The notes below the pieces were generated by a model that saw nothing but the letters and a program-made list of their open reading frames with translations, did no database searches and was not told the origin of the DNA. A stretch of DNA of 64,000 nucleotides. Source: Podarcis bocagei. Lineage: Eukaryota. Shown here piece after piece: positions 13,435 through 26,163 of this stretch. Position 1 is the first letter of the stretch, and the number at the start of each line of letters is the position of its first letter. The stretch is taken from the NCBI GenBank assembly GCA_964188305.1, contig OZ076887.1; one strand, 5' to 3'. A program made the position numbers and the translations under genes.

Positions 13435-13691
13435 TCGTATTTTTCGCTCTATAAGACACACCAGACCATAAGACGTGCCTAGTTTTTGGAGGAGAAAACA
13501 AGAAAAAAAATATTCTGAATCCCAGAAGCCAGAACAGCAAGAGGGATCACTGTGCAGCGAAAACAGCGATCCCTCTTGCTGTTCTGGCTTCTGGGATAGC
13601 TGCATTCGCTCCACATTTCCACATCCGCACACACGTTTCCCCTTACTTTTTAGGAGGGAAAAAAGTGAGTCTTATAGACCAAAAAATACGG
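13435..13691. mobile_element. TA-flanked non-autonomous DNA transposon (Tc2/mariner-like) with internal palindrome
   Basis: TIRs (C/T)CGTATTTTT..TCTATAAGAC / GTCTTATAGA..AAAAATACGG with TA flanks. Internal 30-bp perfect inverted repeat at 13519-13548 and 13568-13597. Confidence 0.8.
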
Positions 13692-13927
13692 TATTTGCCT
13701 TTAAATCTCCTTTTCTACAACACCTTGTCCTAACTCCTCTTAGATAAGCAGTGGAATGGATGGATATAGCTTCAAGGCAAATTAAACACAATAACCCACT
13801 TGTACAAAGTGGTGTCAAGTTAAGGTGCCACATTCTAGTATTAAAACTTACTTGAGGAGATAAGTGACTGAGGAGAATGGCTAGGGGCTCAGGGTAGCTG
13901 CTGGCTTAGCATCCATATTCTTTAGGA

Positions 13928-14300
13928 CAGGCCCATCCAACTCCCAAGAGACTGCAATCTACTCCCAGTGTAAAAAAACTGGCAGTGATCTACCCATTGT
14001 CATTGAGGATTGACCCAAATTGTTGAGCTTTGGGGGGGGCACAGTTTTTGAGCTTTTTTAAAGGGAGAATGACATATTTCGCTCATCTCACACTCCGCCA
14101 ATAACAAATGCACATGTGCTTAAGCCAATTGCTGTATTCAACATCGCAATGATAAAACACCAAACTCTGCCCACTTGATGCGATGGAGGGACAGAATGAG
14201 GGGGGTGGAAACATTCATTTCAAAGTTTTTCTAACCCAGCGATCGATAAGGATCCCACGATTGACAGGGGATCTACCGGTCAATCGGTTGTACATGTCTG
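13928..14300. mobile_element. hAT-type non-autonomous element
   Basis: Ends CAGGCCCATCCAAC ... GTTGTACATGTCTG; 8-bp TSD ctttagga / cgttagga (7 of 8 match). Confidence 0.7.
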
Positions 14301-16252
14301 CGTTAGGATATCAAAAAGACTTTGCCCAGCTCCACACATCTGTGCCGCTTGGGTTTTTTTAGTATAATCTGCACGTTTTGCTATGGTGCTTTCAGATGAT
14401 GCTGTGAATCTTTTCTGAGCTATTAAGGGCTTGCATAAATGAAGACGTGCAGCAGCTCCAGAGGTGAAGATGTGTAGATGTAAGGCTGGCGGGGAGAAAT
14501 TTTGTCCTAACAATATCCAATATGTTTGAAGGCAGGCATATTTGGATTTTAAACTCTCGGTATCAAAACCCTGATCAAAACCCAGTCGACTTTCAGAGTA
14601 TACCCTCATGGTGGTTCAAGAAAACACTACACATCTTATAGATGTCCCTTGCAGTGAGACCAGGCAGATGTTCTGCAAGCTGGGAATCCAAATACCCTGG
14701 GTATTGCTTTTCAGCTGGTCCTAGGTGGGATTGCACTCCGCCGAGGGATCAATGTGTGCAGTTTGGGAATTCTCCTAAAGTCATCTTCAGGCATTCTGAA
14801 CAGCATGTATGCCATAGAATTGTGGGGTTGGAAGGGTCACCAAGAGTCATCTAGTCCGAACCATTACAAGGAAGAGACAGTTTGAAGGAGCACAACAATT
14901 CTGCCCCCGTCCCAAATTTGCTGTTGCCCACCATGTTCTTCTCCCAGTGACTGCCAGCAATGGAGAAGTCTCCTGTAATCGTTTTTATTTATTTATATTT
15001 TATTGAAAAGTTTCAGTGGGCAAATGAAGTGAAAGAAAAGAAAAAAGAAAAGAAAAAAGGTGCTTGAAACTGTAATATAATGTGATATATAGGTATATAA
15101 CTAATGCTGTTATTCCAACAAGTGTACAATTATTAGCAAGTCGTTATAATTTTTATAAACACACTCGCAAGTATCATTATATTTATCTATACACAATCTG
15201 CATCTAAAAGCAATCCGTTCCTACGAAGTGATGTCCATGCTTGGATGGGCTCAATACACAACATATTCAATTTAATCTATAGATTGTTTTGCTGAACAAC
15301 TGGAATTAATCCCGTTTTCCAAATAACTTTCACGTGGACTGTGAGGGTCCTCTCGTCACCAGTTTGAAGTGGCATTGTGTGTCCTAATTCCTTGGGTTAT
15401 ATGGAACATAATAAATATGTTGCTTTTTAAAAATATCTGCATTCATTTGTGGCTTCAAACTGTTCTCTCTGCTATTCGCGTTTTAATGATAATTGCACAG
15501 GTGAGCCCCGTGATGCGTTGAAGATGCTTTCCAAAACAGACCTATGTTTTGAATGAGCAACCTTTTCTTTTTCTTTTCTTTTTTTAAAAAAAAATCTCAT
15601 TTGATGGCTTGATGCTGTTGGGTAGCCGGAGGAGTGGAACATGGCTGGCAAGAAGCAACATGAACTCGGCCAAAGATTAACATTCTGGAGGGAATTAAAA
15701 TTACCAAGGCATAGCTCTCAGGAGGGAACAACAAGTTCATTATAAGCAAGCTGTTCTTTGCTCCGCTTGCAGTCTACAAATTCACAAGGGCTAAAGTAAA
15801 TGTTTCAACTAGCGATAATCAGAGGAATAAGGGCTGAGCAAAGATGGTGACCCCACCTCATATTTGGGGAGATGGTTAACGTATGCCCTGGAAACATGGA
15901 TTAAGTTCACATTAAACTATAGTTGGTGCAGAAACCATAGTTACTGGTGTACACTGCTCAAAAGTTCTCACAGCAATCCTGCCATGGCATGTATGAAAGA
16001 AGCCAGAATCTGGGTTGTGTCATCTAAATCCAAGCTTGTGATTTGTTTTCCCCAAATAAACCATAAGTGGCAGAAGGGAACAAACCACACACGGTTTAGT
16101 TGGATAACACCATAGCTTGTCCGAACTAGGCCAGAGTGCACTGTTCAGACATGAACAACATGATTTTGTTGCAGCTGCTAGAATGGGTTGTGTATAACCC
16201 CCTATGAATTATAATTCAAAATGTATTGGGATCTAGATAATCTGAAGTTTTC

Positions 16253-16345
16253 ATCATTCTATCACTTATCTATCATCTATCTATCTATATATCTATCATC
16301 TGTCTATCTATCATCTATCATCATCTATCCATCTATCATCTATCT
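16253..16345. repeat. Degenerate (ATCT)n/(GATA)n microsatellite
   Basis: tatctatcatctatctatctatatatctatcatctgtctatctatc... Confidence 0.85.
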
Positions 16346-17003
16346 CGCAATCGTCTTCGTTACATAGGACAACAATTGACTCTGCTATGGATTTGGGGGT
16401 TGAGGAGAGAACATTTTTGTTTGTTTCATCACATCCATGGTCTTCCTTTCCCTTCCAAGGAGCTCAGAGCCAGGTTTGTGACTGGAATATCAGGGGAAAG
16501 GTCAACATTATACAACTCCATATCCTCCACCCTGGGTCCTCAAATAATGGGAGCGGAAAGATGTGTGCAACTCAACAATTTATTGGTTTGTTCCAATGAA
16601 TGGAAATATTGGCGAACGCCAGGTGATGCTGTGTCAGGTTAATTCTATTTTTTACCTCCTCCACTTTCAGTCCTTAAGATTTTTGCCCCTTTCTTGGCTC
16701 TTTCAATAGCTTGCGCCTGTGTCCACTACAGCCTTCAGGGTTTTCCTGTGCCTCTGGACATATCTTCTGGCTGGGTTTTTTTAGCTTACAATGTGGCAAT
16801 CCTTTGTTATTTTATTTCCACAACAACCCAGCGATGTAGATTAGGCTCAGAGATAGCAACTGGTCACCTGGTAAGCTCCACAGCTGAATGGGGATTGGTT
16901 GAAATGCGACACTTGATCCACTTTGCCATGCTTGCTTTAGAGAAATTGAAAACCCTGTTTTCCTTCCCAGTGATAGAATAACAGAACCCCGTTGTGATTT
17001 TAG

Positions 17004-17138
17004 GTACTTCATGAACCTCTGATTGACGAAGATCCGGTTTTCATTGCCACCTGCACAGAGCGAGAGTTACGCAAGAGGAAAAAGCGGAAATTCAGTCTTT
17101 GGGTACGGCAGTGCTCATCAACTGGTTTTATCTGCCAG
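17004..17138 (+). CDS. PGBD5: PGBD5 coding exon (exon 3 equivalent; 135 bp)
   Basis: ttttag acceptor and GTAAGA donor. Encodes [45 protein letters not shown], in frame with the previous exon. Contains the basic NLS-like RKRKKRK. Not in the ORF track; found by reading the sequence. Confidence 0.97.
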
Positions 17139-17999
17139 GTAAGAGCCTGTGGAATTGTCCTCAACCCTGAATCAGGCATCTACACAGAAAGGTGCCTTGG
17201 TTTGTAGTTTAAGGCATTTTCCAAGAGGCTACAAGGGGGAGCCACTGTCTGTCCTGTACAGAAAAAGGCCTTAGTCCCAAGTCTTTGTTTGCATGATTTA
17301 TGTTAAATGTTAAAGCCCTCTGGTAACAAGAATACTGTTTCTTGTCCACCAGTGCCCTCTGCATGGGCCAAGCTAACACTGTTTATATGAAAAAGTGGCA
17401 GGTTTTTTTAAAAAAAATATCCTGGGGAAGTTCATCTTGTCGTTCCTGCCAGTCTGAAGATGGTTGTTTTCTATGCCTCCTAATTTTATTGAATAATTCA
17501 GACTGCAAGCCCAAGGTACCTCAGCAAGAGATACAATTTCTGACTAAGTGCCCATCCCTTAAAGATGCGGCCTATAAAGTTTTTCCTTCAACAAATCCTA
17601 GGTATCTTTTGCAGGGTGTGGGCGGGGAGAGACAAAATGAAGGGGGGGGGTTTGCTCCATCCCAGGATGAACCATAATCCTCATATTCCCAGCTTTCATT
17701 AAAAAACAACAACAACAAAACTACTAAGTTGCAACCACTTGTAGCACCTGAGAGAAACTGGACAGGAAGTATTATTTTCAATTTTTGTGAGAAATTAGTC
17801 CTATTGCCCCTTTTTGGTATTCTACTTCGATTTAAAAACAAAAACAAAAAACAAGCAATTTTATGAAATAAATACTTTGCACATCTCCCCCCCTCCTCCC
17901 CAGAAAAACACAGCAACACAGAAACCAGTGGATGCCCACGTTTCCATTTGCATGTTTTGGGACATAGGAGGGAATTGGCAGGGAGCACTAGATGATGGT

Positions 18000-18143
18000 C
18001 ATAGAATCATAGAATTGTAGAGTTGGAAGGGACCGTGCAGTCTAACGCCCTGCAATGCAGGAATATGCAGCTGTCCCATATGGGGATCAAACCTGCAACC
18101 TTAGTGTTATCAGCACCATGCTCTAACCAACTCTGCTATCCAA
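18000..18143 (-). mobile_element. tRNA-derived SINE with CR1-type (TTCTATGA)n tail
   Basis: Minus strand: A box agttggttagagc, B box ggtttgatccc, then ...cccttccaactctacaattctatgattctatg. Shorter tail-only pieces at about 14813-14862 and 28470-28520. Confidence 0.7.
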
Positions 18144-20239
18144 GCAGGAAAGCCATTATGGACTGGCCCCAAATTTCAGAGAGGGCTTGTGCTTGGCTTC
18201 TGATGGATCATGGATTTCTGAGTTGAAATCGTTCTGAAACCCCCATTTCTGAAATTTGTCATCATAACCAGTTACTTCCCATGCTGACATTGCTGCACTT
18301 CCCATTAGCATAGTAGCTGTGTCTTCAGCTCCTACATCACAGCCTCGGGATTCTTCTCTTACAGGAGCATCACGGGGAAAAGCCATGGGCGATAGTTCCC
18401 ACGGTATAAGACTTTTTGTTTGGCCTTCATGGACTTTGGCACTGAAGGATAAGAAGGAGAAAGAGCAAGGTCTATAGATCATAAATGAAAACTGTTACAA
18501 ATGTAGACTTGCTGGAGAGATTCCAGCTACTCTGGGCTCCAAATATAATTTATTTTCTGCCCTCAGTCCATCTCCATTAACATACATCTTCAAACTGTCA
18601 AAGTCAATGAGAATGGATGACACTCCGCACGTCACAGGATCAAGCTCAACAGCTTGAGCAAAATAATGAACTTGACACTTGCGTTTGACTTGCATCCAAA
18701 TAACTCCCAAGTAATCTCAAGAGCCTTTGTCTATGCACATCTTGACAGCCCTCTGTTCATATTTGAAAGGATCAGGTGAGAAAGAAGTTCAAGAAGTTGT
18801 GAAAATGAACATTTCAAAAAGTGTGAACCCATCAATATCACAGCTTGCAAGAACAGGTGTGATGTTTTCCCCCCAGTGACTAGAGACTTAAATACCACAT
18901 TCACCTTTATGTTGACGACCTTTCCAGTACATTTATACAAAGGCCCTGTGGAAGTCAACCACTTATTTGGAGACTGCCTGCTGTTCTGTGAAGGAGGAAA
19001 ACAATAATTTGCTCAATGCACCAAAAGGAGGCTTTAGTTTAGTCTAAATGATTGGTTCCAACATGGAGATAATTGACTTAAGTGAGAAGAAATGGTAAAC
19101 TCTCTGCGGCTATCTTTATGAGAGCATCTTTCTAACAAAAACAGTTTCTACAAATGTAGAAGCCCAAAGCTCTTGAATCCAAAATGCCATTTATTATACT
19201 TTATGTTTTGATTTTATAATGTTTCCATATAGCTTACATGTAAAGACATCTCAAAGAAATTCAGATGAGTAAAAAGATAAAGCAAAGCAATAAATTGCAC
19301 AAAAGCCAAAACTGGTGTAGCCTGTGGGGTTTATGAGTGGAATTCAACTCATGAGTCTCAGTCATGAAACTTCTACCCATGCAATGGGACTTCTTTGCCC
19401 CTTGCCCAGCCTTCATACTAGCTATTTTACTTAGCACCTGGGGATCACAGCTTCGGATGCAGGTGCCTGTAGGAATGTCTGTTCCCACATCAACACACCA
19501 GTGCACTGAAGCCAACAGATGAGGCACTCCTTTGGGTGCCATACTAAGGCGAGGTAGATGGCAGCCATAGAAGAGGGCCTTTTCTGTGATGGCACCACTT
19601 TCCCTCTCAGTAGAAACTCACCTGTCTATGTTGCCTGACATAGACCTTACCTTTTAGCCTTTGTGATTTAATGGTTTCCTTCTGCTGCTTTTAATTGACG
19701 ATCTTTTTCTTTTTAAATATGTTTTTATTCTGATTTTTGGCTTGGTGCTTCTCTTGATGTTAACTTGTGCCCATCAGATCTCAAAATGCAGAGAAAGCTG
19801 ATTTTTCATTTGTTGGTAGATTTTAAATACCCCCCCGCCCCCCGTCCAGGTTCCTTTCCCTAAGCTAAACGCATACCACTTTTCTGATAGGATTTACCTT
19901 CTGGACTCTTTATCATCTTTGCAGTTCTGCTCTTTATCTCTGTACTCTGTATCAATAAACTTCTTTTAACCGTGGTGTCCAGAAGTGAGGAAAATAATTT
20001 CCAAATGATAAGCCGGGATAATAATTTTCCATTCCCAATGCAGTCTGACTGGCACGGCATGCTTCCAGTTTAATTAAGCCATGAAGAGATGTGGAGACAG
20101 ATCATCTCATGCTCCTGCCACTCAAATGACAGCTTCCAAACTGGATCAGGAAGTCAGAGCTATGACTGGGGATGGGGAGAAATTTGATTCAGCATTTAAA
20201 GGTGAACTTACCAAATTTGCCTACTGCTGGGAAGCAGTA

Positions 20240-20595
20240 AGGTAAAGGTAAAGGGACCCCTGACTGTTAGGTCCAGTTGTGACCGACTCTGGGGTTGCGG
20301 AGTTCATCTCACTTTATTGGCTGAGGGTGCCGGCGTACAGCTTCCGGGTCATGTGGTCAGCATGACTAAGCCGCTTCTGGCAAACCAGAGCAGCGCACGG
20401 AAACGCCGTTTACCTTCCTGCTGGAGCGGTACCTATTTATCTACTTGCACTTTGACGTGCTTTCGAACTGCTAGGTTGGCAGGAGCAGGGACCGAGCAAC
20501 AGGAGCTCACCCCGTTGTGGGGATTCAAACTGCCAACCTTCTGATCAGCAAGTCCTAGGCTCTGTGGTTTAACCCACAGCGCCACCCGCGTCCCT
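20240..20595 (-). mobile_element. Sauria SINE (subfamily B), nested in hAT element
   Basis: Full-length reverse copy with a perfect 15-bp TSD tgctgggaagcagta (20225-20239 and 20596-20610). Confidence 0.93.
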
Positions 20596-20795
20596 TGCTG
20601 GGAAGCAGTAGGAGACTCAAAATACAGCAACTTTCAAAATATACACTTCTCTGAATTTTGCAGTGTAGTTCTCCACCCAAGTGATGTGTACAAAAACACA
20701 CAGGGTAAAAATGTGCCTTACAATGCATACATTAGTGAAAATAGCACACAAAATGCCTTCTAATTTGGGAAGGTTGTTTGGCAAAAATGCGTATA

Positions 20796-21646
20796 CAGTG
20801 GTGCCTCGCAAGAGGAAATTAATTCGTTCCGCAAGTTTTTTCTTCTTGCGAGTTTTTCGTCTTGCGATGCACGGTTTCCCATAGGAATGCATTGAAAATC
20901 AATTAATGTGTTCCTAGGGAAACCGACTTCAGACCAGGTCCGGGGACAGTCTGTCCCCCGACCTCTTCTGAAGGCTGGGGGGGGGGACAAGGGCTTTTCT
21001 TCCCACCCCCAGCATTTTAAAAAAACCCGGGACAGCGGAGAGCTTCTCCGCTGTCCGGGGCGATTTAAAAGCCCCTGGGAAGGCAGGCGGGGGGACAAAG
21101 ACTTTTGCCCCCCGCCAGCCTTCAGAAGAGGTCCTGGACCTCTTCTGAAGGCTAGCGGGGGCGAAAGTCTTTGCTCCCCCCGCCTGCCTTCAAAAGCTGT
21201 CCGGCCAAGGCTTCGCGGACCTCTCCGCCATCAGCGGCAGCGCTGCCGCTGCTGGCGGAGAGTGGCCGGCATGCCGAAGCCTGCGCGCGCTGACATCAGT
21301 GCGCCCAGGCTTCGTGGACCTCTCCTGCCTTCAAAAGCCGTCCGGGATAGAGGGAAGCGCTTCCCTGCTATCCCGGACTGCTTTTAAAATGCTGGCGCTG
21401 GGGAGCAAAGCCTTTCGGCCCCCGCCAGCCTTCCTGGACCTCTTCTGAAGGCCGGAGGGGGGGGGAAAGGCTTTGCTCCCCACCGCTAGCATTTAAAAGA
21501 GGTCCCCAGAGATTTCCCTATGGGCTTTCATCTTGCGAAGCAAGTCCATAGGGAAATTCGTTTTGCGAAGCGCCTTCAAAACGGAAAACCCTTTCGTCTA
21601 GCGGGTTTTCCGTCTTGCGAGGCGTTCGTCTTGCGGGGTACCACTG
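20796..21646. mobile_element. Large GC-rich Tc1/mariner-type (Tigger-like) non-autonomous element, nested in hAT element
   Basis: TIRs CAGTGGTGCCTCGCAAGA ... TCTTGCGGGGTACCACTG with TA flanks. The interior consists of direct and inverted GC-rich subrepeats. Confidence 0.88.
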
Positions 21647-22322
21647 TAAGGCAAAGCTGTGCACAAAAATGTGTATATTAGGAGAAATTCACATTTAAAT
21701 GCTGGTGATGTTGTGAGGACTCTTTAAAAGAAAAATGCAAACGGATGTGGAAATGTAGAGAACTGAAGATTGGGAAATTAGAAACTGAAATCACAATGGA
21801 CACATTCACCCATCCCTAGCTGTGGCCCAAGTCTGGTCTTCTCTTAATGGTTCCAGTGGTGCTGAAAGGGGCTGACATCTTGAGTCTTGTCAATAGCCTT
21901 GATTCTAGACTCTTAAAATGTGCTTATGTTGATCCAATCTAACATGGCATCAGGCCACACTGTAAATGCATGCAGATGGGTTGGAGTTTTCCATCTTTCT
22001 TTCGTTTCTCCTCCCTGTCTCCTTGTTACTCATTTGTTTTTCATTCATGATAAACCTGTGGCAATTCTAAACAGAGAGCCATTTCTGATGTTGGAGAATG
22101 TCAGAACTGTGCACAATGGTAAGGTGCTACATTAAAAATTAGAATGACTTTCGCTGTCCTCACGTTGTGAATAAGCTTATTTGATGTCCCATTAAGTCCT
22201 AATTGATTTACTCATTCTACTTTGAGAGAGCAAAATATAAGCCCGGGGTGAATTTCCTTTTCAAGGGCAGAGTTGCAGAAGGGTTAGCCATCTGTCGTTT
22301 TCGTAGGGGTATCCGTATTTAA

Positions 22323-22324
<2 letters not shown>

Positions 22325-22374
<50 letters not shown>
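22325..22374. repeat. (TC)n microsatellite
   Basis: Perfect TC run of about 50 bp. Confidence 0.97.
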
Positions 22375-22376
<2 letters not shown>

Positions 22377-24708
22377 AAATTTGTGAAAGTTCAAAGCTTG
22401 TAGGAATAAAACCAGTTGAATTTATCAGTTGCCTTGTTCATATTTTTGAGACAGCTCCCTTCCACAACACCCCGTAGAGTATATTTCATTTAATTCTTTT
22501 AAATAATACTTGCTTTACTGTTGTTTCTCCTTGAGCATCCCAAAAATCCATTCCCAAGTATTAATTAAGCTTAAAGAATATCCACTCATGAGGGTCATGT
22601 GGGAAACCTTCCCTGTCAAGCACAGGGCCAAGACATCAATTTGTGCATAGATTATTGCAGCTGTTAGGCAGACAGCTCAAACGTCTGTGAAAATAGGCTT
22701 TTGGAATATTACTCAGGACAGAGTTGCTTTCCTGGTGGCTGCTTTGTATAGGACAATTACATGCCGGGGAAGTTCTGTGTGCTCATCCTAAAAATAAATG
22801 CAAACATAATGCAAACGTCTCCAGACGTCACTATAAACCATGGTTTATTCATTGGCCCTAGGCTGTTGCAGATTTAGCTATGGTTAGTGGCTCGACACAG
22901 GTCTTGGAACCCAGAGTCGTGAAAGGGGTACAGGGTTTGTCCTCAAGGGACGGGAAACCACACCCAAAGGCTGTAAGGGTGAACACCGATTCCTCAGAGA
23001 GGAACGAGACTAGAGTTCGAGTCCCAACAAAGCCAGATGTGAGACTTCCTGACAGTCAGAAGGGTTATGACGTGAAGACTAGTCAGAAGTGCAAGATGGT
23101 AAGGATCCCTGAGTGTGTAGATGTCTGTTGGCATCAGTCGCTGTGATGTTCGGGCAGAAGAAAGCTTTTGAAGCTCCCAAATGATCGACCAGGAGGGAGA
23201 GAACATGCCAGTTGGGCATGTGTCTCTGCCAGGGTCCTACACGAGAGTAGGGCGCTCCTAACACCTCTCCCACCCACCAAGAGTGTGTGCTACCTCCTCA
23301 TCTGGTGTGGGCCCAAGAAGGAGTTTTGAAGCTTTTGTTTGTCTATTAACGGGAATTTAGCATTATGCCAGACCCCTCAATTATGGTTGACCAATGGTTA
23401 GTTGAACAGTGAGATGAGCAGTGGTTGGCAGAAACAAGCCAGCCGCATGACTCATAGTCTGAAATTGGCATGTTTCAACCAAGATGAACCACAGTTGTTG
23501 TTGTTGTTGGGTTTAGACAACATAGCAAACCATGGTTAATCAAAACCAGAAGTATTGCAGCCACACTAGAGGTGTTGAGGAGGGGTGCTCAAGCCCATGA
23601 GAAGTTAGGCTAGTAACCACAAAGGAGGTCTCATCCCTAAACCCAGTTGAAACGAACCACTGTTCATTTAATTGAGGACTGCACAAGAAAACTTTCCACT
23701 GAATTGTGCCCCCAAGTGAGACCTGCTTTAGGTTTTCTCCTAGCTTCCATTATAGCTGCCTTCTGCTGCAATCCTATTCTCATGTGATGGATACAGATGG
23801 GCCTGCGGCTACATCTCCTTGTGTCCATGTGATTCTGCCATGCACGCAGAGGACTCTCTACAACTATTTACATGGGTCCAAATGTCTAGTCAGTGGGACT
23901 GAAAAACTGGTTTACTACAGGCTGCTTGAAAGGTGGTCAGTGGATGTTTTGGCAGATAGGATTGCCATAATTTCCTTTGTAACTGACCTAATTGCATCTG
24001 CAGTTTGAGCAGAAGGATCCGTCATGCCATAAACTGCTCCTGTTCAAACAGGACTGGAGTGTCTTAGGACATGATCAAATTTCTCCCGGCTGCTTACAAC
24101 TCTCTATCAGGCCCCCCGTGGGCGTGTCAGTTCCTTGGTTCTGCCACAGCCTAACCCTTTCTTAAAACTTGATACTTCAATCTGAAACCAATGCAAAATT
24201 GATTGGGGTTGGCTTGTGCCTTAAGATCCTGTGGAAGTAGCGCGTCCACAGAAACATGTTGTTGACAGAGGGGAGAGCTCAGTGGGCTATTTAAGCTCCC
24301 ACCACCCTTATCCAGGCTCAGTGTAAAGTCAGCTGGCTGCATATGGGCCAAATAGGAATTGTATGCCTGACCAACAGGAATTGCTTGATTGATGGAGCAG
24401 GGTTACCAGCTGCAAGGAGGACTGGACATTCAGCCCAATGCATCTACTGTCCTGCTTCAGATCTTCTTCCTTAGTATGGGAAAGGCTGGGTAGTGATGCC
24501 AGGGCACAGGACTCCATGGATAGAACTTAAGAATGCCTGAACGGGGCTGATGTCTCATTACTATGGGTGTGTATGGAGTAAGAGATACATCTCTAGAAAT
24601 GAAGGACACAAAATATAGTGACAAGCAAGTGTCTTTTCAAGCTGCACAATAAGGTGAAGCACTCCTTGTTTCCCATAGTAGTCCAAAAGCAGTACCAGTG
24701 TGCACTTC

Positions 24709-24710
<2 letters not shown>

Positions 24711-24764
<54 letters not shown>

Positions 24765-24765
24765 T
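24711..24765. repeat. (TTTC)n microsatellite
   Basis: Perfect TTTC run. Confidence 0.97.
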
Positions 24766-25389
24766 TGCACAACCATGAACAATCAGTCTCTTTCACAATT
24801 CAAACTCTGTAGCTTTCCTGTGGATGAATACCTAATGATTTTTGAAAACAGGCCAGCTCTAAACATGCTGTTTCTTGCAACGATGCTTGCTAATTCAGCT
24901 TTGGGATGGGATTTCTTACTGCAGTTCCAACAAAAGGTTTCAGGGGGACAAGCCTGTGGCAAGAGCGGCCAGGATGAGCAGCTTAGAATTGCAGCACATC
25001 TGGGCTCCGCCAGCATTAAATCTCTAATCCTGGCTCAGACGCAGTGGTATAACTTCCTCATCCTGGCATAGCTGGAGCAGAGCGGAAGCTGGCTAAGCTG
25101 AAGCTGGAGTAAGTCCCCCCAAAGGGGCATTCTGGGGGTGAGGTGGAGGCAGGACCAGAGAGGAGAAACTTAGGCTGGATTTTGAGCCCATTCAGTTCCA
25201 TCAAATTACCTGGCAACCGGCTATAGAACATAAAATTACCTCTGCCAGGTTTAGTCAGAGCAGCAGCCCCACTGCTGAACGGGACTTGCATCTGCTGTAA
25301 CTTTGCACCGGTTTAAGCTACACCAGCTTGCCTCTCGCCAGCTTCTTGTGCATAGGACTGCTCCCCTTCCGGACCGAAGAGGCCTTAGC

Positions 25390-25392
<3 letters not shown>

Positions 25393-25453
<61 letters not shown>

Positions 25454-26020
25454 TGATTTGATTTTTAAAAGGTATAAACACATAACAAAAAAACCAATTC
25501 CAAATATTGAGATTATTCTGAATCTTCTGACTCCCCCTCCCCTCATCCCTTCCATGGGTCCTAAAGATAATATTTACAACTGCATATCAATACAGTGGTA
25601 CCTCGGGTTACAAACACTTTGGGTTACAAACTCCAGTAACCCGGAAGTAGTACCTCGGGTTACAAACTTTGCCCCAGAATGAGAACGGAAATTGAGCGCC
25701 AGCAGTGCAGCAGCAGCAGGAGGCCCCATTAGCTAAAGTAGTACCTCAGGTTAAGAACGGTTTCGGGTTAAGAACGGACCTCCAGAATGAATTAAGTTCG
25801 TAACGCGAGGTACCACTGTACTTATCCAAATTTTTATCCTTCTAAATCATCCATACTTTCTGTTACTTTACAAGTGTGACTAAAATCCTGCTACTGTTTT
25901 AACCTGTTTACAGTGGTTTCGTAAAGAACTTATAAACTTTCCCCATTCTCTCTTAAAATTATTGTCTTCTTGATTTCCAATCTTCCCACTTAATTTTGCC
26001 ATTTTGGCATAGTCCATCAG
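25393..26020 (-). mobile_element. L1-like LINE 3' end with (AAT)n tail, interrupted by a MITE
   Basis: Minus strand LMDYAKMAKLSGKIGNQEDNNFKREWGKFISSL resembles the squamate L1 ORF2 C-terminus. The (ATT)n run at 25393-25453 lies at its 3' end. Confidence 0.6.
25593..25818. mobile_element. Tc1/mariner-type MITE
   Basis: TIRs CAGTGGTACCTCGGGTTAC ... GTAACGCGAGGTACCACTG; TA flanks. Confidence 0.88.
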
Positions 26021-26163
26021 AAGAGGCCTCATAGCATTGATTAGGTATGCACTTGTACTATTCAGCTCATCTCCCCGAAGAACGAGAGAGCGTTGCCACA
26101 GGCCTTTCTGCGCACTGACTTTTCTCCCTGCTGTTCTGCCCCTGCCCCCGCTTGCTTGTTAAG

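Larger units (their letters stand above)
20167..21818. mobile_element. hAT (Ac-like TIR) non-autonomous element hosting two nested insertions
   Basis: Ends TGGGGATGGG ... CCCATCCCTA; degenerate 8-bp TSD gctatgac / gctgtggc. Related AT-rich internal sequence (aaaatgtgtatattaggagaaattcac) recurs at 1-97, about 38660-39100 and about 41650-42120. Confidence 0.65.

Noticed and set aside
13432-13747. ORFs on both strands sharing SQKPEQQEGSL and SDPSCCSGFWDS
   Set aside because: Artefact of the internal palindrome of a MITE.
20908-21387. 159-aa GC-rich ORF and CpG-island-like region
   Set aside because: It lies inside a TIR- and TA-bounded non-autonomous transposon made of subrepeats, with no transposase motifs; not a gene or promoter.
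24561-25071. KKER / FFLS repeat ORFs, and similar poly-N, poly-Y and CV/ER ORFs at 34233, 53541 and 53822
   Set aside because: Translations of microsatellites.
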